Of a stretch of DNA of 32,000 nucleotides, positions 1 to 7,768 are shown in pieces. Below the pieces are notes generated by a model. It did no database searches. It was not told the origin of the DNA and saw nothing but the letters and a program-made list of their open reading frames with translations. Numbering within the stretch: position 1 is the stretch's first letter; each line of letters starts with the position of its first letter. Source of the DNA: an uncultured Clostridia bacterium (GTDB lineage Bacteria; Bacillota; Clostridia; Christensenellales; Aristaeellaceae); NCBI GenBank assembly GCA_937907055.1, contig CALCTW010000005.1:1-32000 (forward strand), given 5' to 3'. The position numbers were made by a program, and so were the translations under genes.

Positions 1-32
1 GCGGCGTGCTGTGATATGATAAGGAGGAAACC

Positions 33-185
33 ATGGTGAAGGTACCGGAAAGCGCGTATCTGAGCGGTATCAGGCCGCTGCTTGAAAAGCTGCGCCGCGA
101 GCTGAGTAGCAGCTGCGTCATCAGGAAGTTCTTTGCAAATCCACCGTTTATCCATAATTCATTTTTTAACGACCCGCAAAAATAA
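33..185 (+). CDS. small hypothetical protein (50 aa, below the ORF-track length cutoff)
   Basis: ATG at 33 lies 5 nt after AGGAGG (22-27). The frame reads MVKVPESAYLSGIRPLLEKLRRELSSSCVIRKFFANPPFIHNSFFNDPQK to TAA 183-185. It is convergent with dnaA. No family recognised and coding status is unproven. Confidence 0.25.
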   Translation: MVKVPESAYLSGIRPLLEKLRRELSSSCVIRKFFANPPFIHNSFFNDPQK

Positions 186-228
186 GTAATAATATTTACA
201 AATGCAACCCTTTACGACCCTATAAAAA

Positions 229-1563
229 TTAAATTTTCATTTTTTTATCGATATCATCCACGTAGAGTTTCATCTTCTTGTCTGTTTCGTACAAGTTTGA
301 AACCGTTTTACAAGCATGGAGAACCGTTGCGTGATCTTTATTACCGCAATAAGCACCAATCAATGAGAGCGGTAGCTTCGTATATTTTTTAGCAAAATAC
401 ATACTCAACTGACGCGCTTGAACAATCTCGCGCTTACGAGTATTCGCATTAATCGTGTCTGTTGGGATTTTGAAATAGTCGCAAATAATCTTCTGGATAT
501 ACTCGATAGAGATCTCTTTCGCATTGGATTTCACATACTTATCCACCATTTCCTTTGCCAGATCAACGGTGATGTCGCGGTGATTCAGGGAAGCTTGTGC
601 GAGGATGGCAATCATAGCCCCCTCCAGCTCACGAGTGTTCGAAGTAACACGCAACGCCAAGTAGTCGATAACCTCTTTCGGGAATTTGATACCATTGTTT
701 TCCAACTTCTGGGTAATGATGGCGATACGAGTTTCCAGATCGGGGATCTGCAAATCGGCTGCCAAGCCCCATTTGAAACGGTTTAGCAGACGGGCTTCAA
801 AACCAGCAATTTCCACTGGAGACTTATCTGCCGTGATGATAATTTGCTTATTGCGTTGATGCAACCAGTTGAAAATATGGAAAAACTGCTCCTGCGTCTT
901 ACCTTTGGTCCCGGAAATGAACTGGATATCATCGATCATCAGCACGTCAAAATTGCGGTATTTTTCACGGAATTCATTGGCGCTCTTGCTGTTCTGAATG
1001 TTGTTGATCACTTCATTTGTGAAAGCTTCGGCGGTCAGATAGCAGATGCGGGTGTCCGGTCTTTCATCCAGGATATAATGACCGATAGCCTGCATCAGAT
1101 GCGTCTTTCCAAGGCCGACTCCGCCGTAAATGAACAGCGGGTTGAAGGCTTCGTTCGGACTTTCCGCCACAGCAAGCGCGGCAGCATGCGCGAAACGGTT
1201 GTTATTGCCCACGACGAAGGAGGAGAAGGTATAGCGCGGGTTCAGCATGGAGCGCCCAATGTTGGACTGCGCCTTCTTTTCCATTTCCGCCGCGCCGTTC
1301 ATAAACTCCTTGGCCTCGGCAGGGGGCATGAGCTTGGCCGTGATCTTATGCCCGGCGCACTGGGTGAGGGCATTGGTGATCAGTTCATTATAGCGGGGCT
1401 GAACAAAACGATAATAGAAATCAGTTGCGGTTTCGATGTAAAAATGATCGTCTTTCAGCGCGACCGGCTTCAGGGCGGAACTGATCCAGGTGTTGAATGT
1501 CACCTCGGTCATATCCTCACGCATCAGGCTGCAGGCCTGTTCCCATAAAGTCATGTGATCCAA
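229..1563 (-). CDS. dnaA: chromosomal replication initiator protein DnaA
   Basis: 444-aa ORF with a DnaA-type N-terminal domain (TFNTWISSALKPV), AAA+ Walker A GGVGLGKTHL, Walker B LMIDDIQF and a C-terminal DNA-binding helix-turn-helix region (IVQARQLSMYFAKKYT...DHATVLHACK). TTG start at 1563 lies 8 nt after GGAGG (complement of 1572-1576). Confidence 0.95.
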   Translation of the reverse strand: MDHMTLWEQACSLMREDMTEVTFNTWISSALKPVALKDDHFYIETATDFYYRFVQPRYNELITNALTQCAGHKITAKLMPPAEAKEFMNGAAEMEKKAQSNIGRSMLNPRYTFSSFVVGNNNRFAHAAALAVAESPNEAFNPLFIYGGVGLGKTHLMQAIGHYILDERPDTRICYLTAEAFTNEVINNIQNSKSANEFREKYRNFDVLMIDDIQFISGTKGKTQEQFFHIFNWLHQRNKQIIITADKSPVEIAGFEARLLNRFKWGLAADLQIPDLETRIAIITQKLENNGIKFPKEVIDYLALRVTSNTRELEGAMIAILAQASLNHRDITVDLAKEMVDKYVKSNAKEISIEYIQKIICDYFKIPTDTINANTRKREIVQARQLSMYFAKKYTKLPLSLIGAYCGNKDHATVLHACKTVSNLYETDKKMKLYVDDIDKKMKI

Positions 1564-1682
1564 AGCAGTTGCCTCCGTTTATCGCTCTATCAGGAAATCG
1601 CGGTCAGACCGGCTGCTCTGAATACAGAAGCGCCGGATGCCGCGGCAAGTTCATGGAAGTACACGTGTTTTCACGCTTTGAT

Positions 1683-1711
1683 ATCATAACAAAAGGCCTT
1701 TTGCTTTTCAA
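1683..1711 (-). promoter_or_regulatory. candidate sigma-A promoter for dnaA
   Basis: On the minus strand: TTGAAA (1711-1706), 17-nt spacer, TATGAT (1688-1683) preceded by TGT (extended -10). The spacer contains the palindrome AAAAGGCCTTTT. Confidence 0.45.
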
Positions 1712-1941
1712 GGGTGCTCGGATTGGGGAAAAAATGAAGGATTCGGTCATTAAACAGACCAGCGGAAAAACAACGCCACTATATTTTGCGATACCTTCCG
1801 GCTTTGCCCCCTATTGCTCGAAATCGTGCCTTCTCCCTTTTGGGAAAATGACAGAATTATTAAATTTGTTTGCTGAGAAATGAAAAGGCGGATGTGAAAG
1901 ATACCGGGGGCGGGCCGGATGCGGCGAGCGTAAATGTTTCA

Positions 1942-1969
1942 TTGAATATATGAGATGATATGATATAAT
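1942..1969 (+). promoter_or_regulatory. candidate sigma-A promoter for the TraX-family gene
   Basis: TTGAAT (1942-1947), 16-nt spacer, TATAAT (1964-1969) with TG at 1961-1962 (extended -10). Confidence 0.55.
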
Positions 1970-2045
1970 GAAGCAGGGATGATGATCGGAAACGGACCGT
2001 GTCATGATCCGGGAAATACGGAAAGAGGATTCGGGAGATCGAACG

Positions 2046-2948
2046 ATGCAGGAACAGGTGAACGATCTTTCTCATGAAAATACATCCGGGGCGGCAGCAC
2101 AGGATCTGACCGCCATGAACGGACGGCCGAAAAAAGTGCGTGTGGCCGGGAATACCGCGACCAACACTTTGAAGCTGATCGCCCTTCTGTTTATGGTCAT
2201 CGATCATGTGGGCGCGGTTTTCTTTACGCTCAAAACGGGACATTATATACCGGAGATGCGTATGTTTGGGCGGATCGCTTTCCCGCTGTACGCGTGGTGT
2301 ATAACCGTTGGTGCTGAGTATACGCGTGACATCGGGAAGTATCTGCTCCGGATCCTGATCATCGGCGCGATTGCGCAGCCGGTCTACGCGTGGGCGATGC
2401 ACCATGAATGGTATCAGTTCAATATCTACGCAACGCTCTTCCTCGGGCTGATCGGTATCGCCGGCATAAAACTGAATCGCTTCGGCAGCCGATACTGGAT
2501 GCCGCTTCTGGCGGTCATGATCTCACTGGTCGTGAAGGTGGATTATGGTTTCCAGGGTGTCCTGTTTATCATGTTCCTTTATATGTGCCGGGAACGGCGC
2601 AGCGCGATCGTTGCCGTGATAGCCGCGTACTGTCTTTTCTGGGGCTACACCAGCGGCAGTCAGCTGACAGAGGTGTTTGGCATTACATTGCCTAAAAAAC
2701 TGGATTGGCTGCCGTATGGTCAGTATCTGCTGAACAGCATTTTCAGAATGCAGGCCTGCGCGGCTTTCGCGATCCCGTTTATGGTACTTCGGATGAAGAA
2801 TATCCGATACCCGAAGCGAAGCGTACAGATCACGTTGATGGGGCATACATTCAGCGTTCCTGTTGACGTGGGAAAGATCATCGGGTACGCGGCTTATCCC
2901 GGTCATCTGCTGATCATCGGGATCATCAGGGCGCGGATGGGGATCTGA
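2046..2948 (+). CDS. TraX-family integral membrane protein (putative acyltransferase-like)
   Basis: Polytopic membrane protein with the TraX-type N-terminal signature LKLIALLFMVIDHVG...GRIAFPLYAW. The ORF opens at 2004; I prefer ATG 2046 (GGGAG 8 nt upstream), so the start is uncertain between 2004, 2046 and 2115. Confidence 0.8.
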   Translation: MQEQVNDLSHENTSGAAAQDLTAMNGRPKKVRVAGNTATNTLKLIALLFMVIDHVGAVFFTLKTGHYIPEMRMFGRIAFPLYAWCITVGAEYTRDIGKYLLRILIIGAIAQPVYAWAMHHEWYQFNIYATLFLGLIGIAGIKLNRFGSRYWMPLLAVMISLVVKVDYGFQGVLFIMFLYMCRERRSAIVAVIAAYCLFWGYTSGSQLTEVFGITLPKKLDWLPYGQYLLNSIFRMQACAAFAIPFMVLRMKNIRYPKRSVQITLMGHTFSVPVDVGKIIGYAAYPGHLLIIGIIRARMGI

Positions 2949-3044
2949 GGATCAGGAGGATTCATCTCCCCGGTTTATTGATACCGGCTTGCAGGATCAT
3001 CTACGCGGAATCTTCGCGGATTCAGCGTATTGATCTGTAAAATA

Positions 3045-3075
3045 CCGTATTCCACCAAACAGGAATGCGGTTTTT
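3045..3075 (+). terminator. rho-independent terminator after the TraX-family gene
   Basis: 9-bp stem CCGTATTCC (3045-3053) / GGAATGCGG (3062-3070) with one G-U pair, followed by TTTTT (3071-3075). Confidence 0.55.
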
Positions 3076-3120
3076 GTTATTTCGGGGCTGTCTTGACCGC
3101 CGAAAGAGGATTGTTACACA

Positions 3121-3146
3121 CATTAAGAAGCATTAACATACATTAA
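3121..3146 (+). promoter_or_regulatory. three phased CATTAA direct repeats (candidate regulator binding site)
   Basis: CATTAA occurs at 3121, 3131 and 3141, exactly 10 bp apart, about 135 bp upstream of the PG-binding repeat gene. Confidence 0.3.
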
Positions 3147-3154
3147 ACCAATTT

Positions 3155-3178
3155 GAAATACTTCCTCAATAGTATTTC
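3155..3178. promoter_or_regulatory. perfect 8-bp inverted repeat (operator or RNA hairpin candidate)
   Basis: GAAATACT (3155-3162) and AGTATTTC (3171-3178) are exact reverse complements separated by 8 nt, in the leader or promoter region of the PG-binding repeat gene. Confidence 0.3.
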
Positions 3179-3279
3179 TTTGGGGGGTGTGTTATACTTT
3201 TCATGGTGTTTTGCAGCGTTCTTTAGATATACATTTTCGGGACGGCAAAACACATCACAGACCTGAGGAGGTATTCCCA

Positions 3280-4830
3280 ATGATGAAAAAGCTGATCTCT
3301 CTTCTGCTGGCGATCATTTTGGTGCTTTGCGCCGCGATGCCCGTAGCGTTCGCTTATAGCGTGAGTGACCTGAAGCGCACCCTTGAATATAATATGAAGG
3401 GTGACGATGTGAAGATGGTCCAGGAACGTCTGCAGTTCTACGGATACTACAGTTATGACACGACTGATCCGAATCAGCCGACCGGTCACTACACCAATTC
3501 CGTGAAGCAGGCTGTGCTGAAGTTCCAGAAGGCCAATGGTCTGAAGCAGGATGGTAAAGTGGGCCCCAACACCTGGGGTATCCTTGTGACTGATACCGGT
3601 GTCAAGAGCTCCGAGGATGTGACCTACACCAAGCTTACCTACGGCATGACGGATGATCTGGTCGTGACCGCGAAGTATCGTCTGGCGTTCTATGGTTTCT
3701 GGGATGTTCAGCCCGACACCATGGGCAAGTATTTCTCCGCCAACCTGAAGGCTGCTGTTCGCCGCTTCCAGAAGAGGAACGGTCTGACCGATGACGGCGT
3801 GATCGGTGCCAAGACCTGGGCTGTTCTGAACGGCACCACCGGCGTGCATTTCACCGATCCTACCTTTGAACGCATCGAGCGCGGCGATAACGACGACCGT
3901 GTCAAGACCGTTCAGCTGGCGCTGAAGAATTATTACTACTACACCGGTAAGATCGACGGCGACTTTGACTCCGAAGTGGAAAAGGCTGTTGTCCGCTTCC
4001 AGGAGAGCAACGGCATGACTGCTGACGGTATCGTGGGCGAGAAGACCTATGACGCGCTCGTCAACGGGACTGCCGATATCCTGAACGGCGCGATCCCCAA
4101 GGTCGCCCTGTATGAAGGTGTACGCGGCTACGACGTGTATGTGCTGCAGAACCGTCTGTATTCCCTCAACTTCCTGACCGGTATTTATCACGAGGGCCTC
4201 TACGATACGAAGACCGTTGAAGCCGTCAAGGCTTTCCAGGCTAAGAACGGTCTGCCCGAAAACGGTATTTTCAATAATGAGACCGTCCGTTATCTGTGGG
4301 CCAGCGATGTGAGCGCCAACGAAGATATCAAGAAGGATACGATTGAGGACTTCCCGAAGCTTTCTCTCTACAGCACCGGTAAGGATGTCAGCAATGCTCA
4401 GATGAAGCTGAAGACTGCCGGTTTCCTGCTGGGCAAGGCTGACGGCAAGTTCGGCCCGATCACCGAAGAAGCTGTCCGCAAGTTCCAGAAGGCCAACGGC
4501 CTGTATCCCGATGGTATCATCGGCGAACAGACCTGGCTCCTGCTGAACGCGATCGATGTGACCTACGCTGATCAGGAGATCACCATTCCCGATCAGACCA
4601 GCAGCACCGTTCCCACCCGCAAGCTGTTCATCGGCACCAGCGGATCTTCTGTCAGCTGGCTGCAGAAAAAGCTGGCCGACCTCGGATATCTGACTTATTC
4701 CGATATCGATGGTAAGTTCGGCCCGATCACCGATGGCGCTGTGAGGTCCTTCCAGAAGGATCAGGGCCTGACGGATGACGGTATCGTCGGCAACAAGACC
4801 TACAACGCGCTTTACAACGCTGCCCCGTAA
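3280..4830 (+). CDS. secreted protein with six PG_binding_1 (peptidoglycan-binding) repeats and no recognisable catalytic domain
   Basis: ATG 3280 follows GAGGAGG (3265-3271). Signal peptide MMKKLISLLLAIILVLCAAMPVAFA. Six ~60-aa repeats each end in the PG_binding_1 signature, e.g. AVLKFQKANGLKQDGKVGPNTW, AVRRFQKRNGLTDDGVIGAKTW, AVVRFQESNGMTADGIVGEKTY, AVKAFQAKNGLPENGIF, AVRKFQKANGLYPDGIIGEQTW, AVRSFQKDQGLTDDGIVGNKTY. Confidence 0.85.
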   Translation: MMKKLISLLLAIILVLCAAMPVAFAYSVSDLKRTLEYNMKGDDVKMVQERLQFYGYYSYDTTDPNQPTGHYTNSVKQAVLKFQKANGLKQDGKVGPNTWGILVTDTGVKSSEDVTYTKLTYGMTDDLVVTAKYRLAFYGFWDVQPDTMGKYFSANLKAAVRRFQKRNGLTDDGVIGAKTWAVLNGTTGVHFTDPTFERIERGDNDDRVKTVQLALKNYYYYTGKIDGDFDSEVEKAVVRFQESNGMTADGIVGEKTYDALVNGTADILNGAIPKVALYEGVRGYDVYVLQNRLYSLNFLTGIYHEGLYDTKTVEAVKAFQAKNGLPENGIFNNETVRYLWASDVSANEDIKKDTIEDFPKLSLYSTGKDVSNAQMKLKTAGFLLGKADGKFGPITEEAVRKFQKANGLYPDGIIGEQTWLLLNAIDVTYADQEITIPDQTSSTVPTRKLFIGTSGSSVSWLQKKLADLGYLTYSDIDGKFGPITDGAVRSFQKDQGLTDDGIVGNKTYNALYNAAP

Positions 4831-4848
4831 TCATTTATAAGGATCGAT

Positions 4849-4880
4849 GGACCCGCCTGAATACAGGTCGGGTCCATTTT
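4849..4880 (+). terminator. rho-independent terminator after the PG-binding repeat gene
   Basis: Stem GGACCCG (4849-4855) / CGGGTCC (4869-4875), 13-nt loop, followed by ATTTT. Confidence 0.6.
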
Positions 4881-5079
4881 CTATGACGGATGGCGGGGCA
4901 AATAAAGATAGAGGACTCCTTCCCCGGCGAAAGCGCGGCCGGCGAAGGCCGGATCAGGCGGAGGCGGCATCGCGATATGAACCCCGGACCCATGAAATGA
5001 AAGGGCTTTGGGGAGCGGCAAGGAATTGAAAAACATATCAAAAATCGCCGGAAACCCTGATCGATCCTGAGAAAATAAT

Positions 5080-5108
5080 TTGACGCTCGTCATAACTTAT
5101 GATATAAT
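5080..5108 (+). promoter_or_regulatory. sigma-A promoter for yebC
   Basis: TTGACG (5080-5085), 17-nt spacer, TATAAT (5103-5108) with TG at 5100-5101 (extended -10). GGAGG at 5128-5132 precedes ATG 5143. Confidence 0.7.
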
Positions 5109-5142
5109 CCTTGAGTGATTTTCTTATGGAGGTAATGTTAAC

Positions 5143-5889
5143 ATGTCCGGACATTCCAAATGGCATAATATTCAGGCCAAGAAGGGCAAGACTGACGCCG
5201 CTCGCGGAAAGATCTTCACCAAGATCGGTCGTGAGATCGCGATCGCAGTGCGCGAAGGCGGCGCGAATCCTGATAGCAACAGCAAGCTGAAGGATATCAT
5301 CGCCAAGGCAAAGGCCAACAATATGCCTAACGATAACATTCAGCGCAGCATCAAGAAGGCTGCCGGTGAAGGCACCGGTGCCAACTATGAAGAAATGACC
5401 TATGAAGGATACGCTCCCGGCGGTGTCGCCGTGATCGTTGAGATCGTGACCGATAACCGTAACCGCACCTCCAGCGATGTGCGTCATATCTTCGATAAGA
5501 ACGGCGGCTCTCTGGGCACTCCCGGCAGCGTCGGCTATATGTTCGATAAGAAGGGCGTCATCGTGATCGAGCGCGAACCCGGTATGGATGAAGACGAGAT
5601 GATGATGCAGGCTCTGGAATGCGGCGCCGAAGACGTGAAGGTGGAAGAAGACGCCTTCGAAGTCATCACCGCTCCCAATGACTTCAGCGCGGTTCGTGAA
5701 GCGCTTGAAGCGGCGGGCTTTGCTTTCGTTTCTGCCGATAAGCAGATGATCCCTCAGAACACTGTGGCTGTGACCGATCCCGATACCATCACCAAGATCC
5801 AGAAGCTGCTGGATATGCTGGATGATAACGATGATGTCAGCGAAGTGTATCACAACGCTGAGCTGCCCGAAGAAGAAGAGGAAGAATGA
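5143..5889 (+). CDS. yebC: YebC/PmpR-family DNA-binding transcriptional regulator / translation factor
   Basis: Near-invariant N-terminus [32 protein letters not shown], typical length (248 aa) and acidic C-terminus. Confidence 0.93.
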   Translation: MSGHSKWHNIQAKKGKTDAARGKIFTKIGREIAIAVREGGANPDSNSKLKDIIAKAKANNMPNDNIQRSIKKAAGEGTGANYEEMTYEGYAPGGVAVIVEIVTDNRNRTSSDVRHIFDKNGGSLGTPGSVGYMFDKKGVIVIEREPGMDEDEMMMQALECGAEDVKVEEDAFEVITAPNDFSAVREALEAAGFAFVSADKQMIPQNTVAVTDPDTITKIQKLLDMLDDNDDVSEVYHNAELPEEEEEE

Positions 5890-6725
5890 AAAAACGGATA
5901 TTAGCGGTTGTTCTATTGCTTCTGCTGACATTCGGTATCGTCGGTCCTTCAGTTGCGGACAGCGAATTAAGCGTGGAGCGGCATTTTGCCGCTCCAACTT
6001 ATTATGACTCCTATCTTACGATACCGACCGGAAAGACGTTTGCCTATTACGCGCAGAATGATCCGCTCTGGGGCGGGATGTGCTACGAATCACGGAATTC
6101 CGGAAAGTGGCGTCCCTTCCGTGACGGCGGATGCTGCCCGACCAGTGTGGCCATGGCGCTTCGGTGTATACTGACGCCGGAAGAGCTGCTGGCGCTTTCG
6201 GATCATTATAAAACGCCCTATTCGCTTTGTGAGGACAGCATCAACCGTGTACGCTGTGACAGCAGATGCACCCGTTATTTCATTACATCGGCTGCTGATT
6301 ATGCCAAGTTCCTTCCGGTCGTGATGGGCGATTTTGCCACCGGCAATAATGACCGCGGCATTGTTTCGCGCGCCGATAATGTGGGTACAGGCCTTCAGTT
6401 TATCGATGCTCTTGTTTCGATCTTTGATCTGGAACTGAAAAAGACAGAATCCATCAAGGAAGCTGTGATCGCGGCCGATAACGGCTGCGGCGTTGTGGCA
6501 TTTGCCGGAAGGGACGGCGCCTTCACCGGTACCGGTCATTATATCTTGCTGGCCGGCGCGGACGAAGACTACTATTACTTCCTCGATCCGCTTTGCCGTG
6601 AGGATTATTCCAAAACGGACAAGTACGGGACGATTACGGTCTTCGATCAGGGAAGTGTGGGCGTGAAAAAAGAAAAACTGCTTGACGCACGTCTGTATTC
6701 TTTTATCATTCTATCAAAAAAGTAA
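5886..6725 (+). CDS. secreted papain-fold cysteine peptidase-like protein (Peptidase_C39_2-like)
   Basis: ATG 5886 overlaps the yebC stop (ATGA). Signal peptide [24 protein letters not shown]. Candidate nucleophile context QNDPLWG...[12 protein letters not shown] and a distal [10 protein letters not shown]...YYYFLDP (His/Asp), as in C39-like peptidase domains. Family call is by motif only. Confidence 0.62.
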   Translation: MKKRILAVVLLLLLTFGIVGPSVADSELSVERHFAAPTYYDSYLTIPTGKTFAYYAQNDPLWGGMCYESRNSGKWRPFRDGGCCPTSVAMALRCILTPEELLALSDHYKTPYSLCEDSINRVRCDSRCTRYFITSAADYAKFLPVVMGDFATGNNDRGIVSRADNVGTGLQFIDALVSIFDLELKKTESIKEAVIAADNGCGVVAFAGRDGAFTGTGHYILLAGADEDYYYFLDPLCREDYSKTDKYGTITVFDQGSVGVKKEKLLDARLYSFIILSKK

Positions 6726-6727
6726 AA

Positions 6728-6746
6728 ATCCCGCGGTGAGCGGGAT
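6728..6746 (-). terminator. hairpin terminator, U-tract only on the minus strand (serves the methyltransferase gene)
   Basis: Stem ATCCCGC (6728-6734) / GCGGGAT (6740-6746). AAAAA at 6724-6728 gives a T-tract only when read on the minus strand. Confidence 0.5.
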
Positions 6747-6770
6747 CATGAAGGGCTGCACAGGGGATGA

Positions 6771-7523
6771 TCATTCATCCGCTGGCAGATCATATATCCT
6801 TTTGACCTCGTCGGTATCCGTACCGTCGGGGTTTTTTGTGATCAGCGGAGGCTGAATGATCACACCGTCGGACGCGCCCTTGACGGCATCCACAAGGATC
6901 AGCCGGGCGGGGGCGTTCAGATAGGAGTGGACGAAACGGAGCTGCTTTGGAATCAGGGAAGCCTCGGCCAGCACGGATAATAATTCACCGCTTCTGGCCG
7001 CGGGAAGCATGATGAAAAGATGACCGTGATAACGCAGCAGATACTTCGCAGCGGCGGCAATATCCTGCAGGGTGCATTCTGTTTCCTGACGGGCCGGGCG
7101 TTTGTCCGGATTTTGCGAGAGCAGGGCGGCATCCTTTCTGGAATACGGGGGATTGCACACGACGGCATCATATTGCGCGTGCGGAAGGAGACTTCTGATC
7201 TCCCGTAGATCACCCTGAATCACATGGATGACGGATCCAAGCGCGTTCAGCTCCATGGTGCGCCGTGCGCGTTCCGCCGCGTCGGGGTTGATTTCAATGG
7301 CTTCCGCCTGCCCTAACCGGCAGCGCGCGTGGACCAGCAGCGGAAGAATGCCGGTGCCTGTTCCGAGGTCGACCAGACGGCTGCCTTTTTTGACTCTCGC
7401 AAAGTCAGCCAGCAGCACGGAATCCATCCCGAAGCAAAAAGCGCCTTTTTTCTGAATGATCTTCAGACCATCTCTTTGAAGATCATCGATCCGTTCGCCG
7501 TCGAACAGTTGTACATCATTCAT
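6771..7523 (-). CDS. SAM-dependent N6-adenine methyltransferase, TrmN6/YfiC (YabB)-like tRNA methyltransferase
   Basis: ERIDDLQRDGLKIIQKKGAFCFGMDSVLLADF N-terminus, motif I VDLGTGTG and motif IV VVCNPPY. I prefer ATG 7523 (MNDVQLF...) with GGAGG upstream rather than the ORF-track start at 7568. Confidence 0.85.
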   Translation of the reverse strand: MNDVQLFDGERIDDLQRDGLKIIQKKGAFCFGMDSVLLADFARVKKGSRLVDLGTGTGILPLLVHARCRLGQAEAIEINPDAAERARRTMELNALGSVIHVIQGDLREIRSLLPHAQYDAVVCNPPYSRKDAALLSQNPDKRPARQETECTLQDIAAAAKYLLRYHGHLFIMLPAARSGELLSVLAEASLIPKQLRFVHSYLNAPARLILVDAVKGASDGVIIQPPLITKNPDGTDTDEVKRIYDLPADE

Positions 7524-7651
7524 GCTTCCGCGACCTCCGCAGACTTGATGAAAAGGGTGTAGGACCATGATCTCAACGAGTGATCTCCGTTACCGGAGAA
7601 ACACTGAAATCAATAAAGAACCGGCCCTGAAACACCGAAATCCGGTTTTGA

Positions 7652-7680
7652 AGTATATCATGGCCGGAACTATTTTGCAA
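7652..7680 (-). promoter_or_regulatory. candidate sigma-A promoter for the methyltransferase gene
   Basis: Minus strand: TTGCAA (7680-7675), 17-nt spacer, TATACT (7657-7652) preceded by TGA (extended -10). Confidence 0.5.
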
Positions 7681-7731
7681 ATGAAGCATACAGCATTGAT
7701 ACGGAGGAGCGTAAAATCCGGTAACAGATAC

Positions 7732-7760
7732 TTGTAAAAGAACACGAAATAAGGTAAAAT
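7732..7760 (+). promoter_or_regulatory. candidate promoter for tilS (would give a near-leaderless mRNA)
   Basis: TTGTAA (7732-7737), 17-nt spacer, TAAAAT (7755-7760). The tilS ATG is only 8 nt downstream of the -10 element and has no clear Shine-Dalgarno sequence. Confidence 0.4.
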
Positions 7761-7768
7761 AATTAGGT

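Noticed and set aside
1564-2003. Calling this spacer oriC
   Set aside because: I could not find any TTATCCACA/TGTGGATAA-like box within two mismatches. The region is not AT-rich and has no obvious unwinding element, so I record only the unusual context, not an origin.
1497-2405. ORFs of 128 aa (+), 64 aa (-) and 181 aa (-) in and around the dnaA upstream spacer
   Set aside because: They overlap dnaA or the TraX-family gene in other frames or on the other strand. None has a convincing RBS or motif. An internal ATG at 1734 with a GGGGA upstream gives a 49-aa peptide, but nothing supports it.
2046-2948. TraX-family gene as evidence of a conjugative element
   Set aside because: No relaxase, coupling protein, pilin, integrase or repeat boundaries are nearby. 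Chromosomal TraX-family membrane proteins are common outside conjugative elements.
3076-3279. Riboswitch (e.g. cyclic-di-nucleotide class) in the long leader of the PG-binding gene
   Set aside because: I could not recognise the conserved cores of the ydaO, GEMM or other classes by eye. Only short repeats or hairpins are visible. This needs an Infernal scan before any such claim.
3223-4191. 322-aa minus-strand ORF opposite the PG-binding repeat gene
   Set aside because: It is antisense to a frame with six clear PG_binding_1 repeats and a signal peptide. It has no motifs of its own.
4847-5029. 60-aa plus-strand ORF in the spacer upstream of yebC
   Set aside because: Its ATG sits inside the stem of the preceding terminator. 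It has no RBS and an Arg/Gly/Pro-rich composition consistent with random translation of GC-rich DNA.
5038-5997. 319-aa minus-strand ORF opposite yebC
   Set aside because: It is fully antisense to a gene with unmistakable YebC motifs. Its composition is low-complexity and rich in H, I, D, G and A, and it has no RBS. This is a typical shadow ORF caused by sense-strand codon bias.
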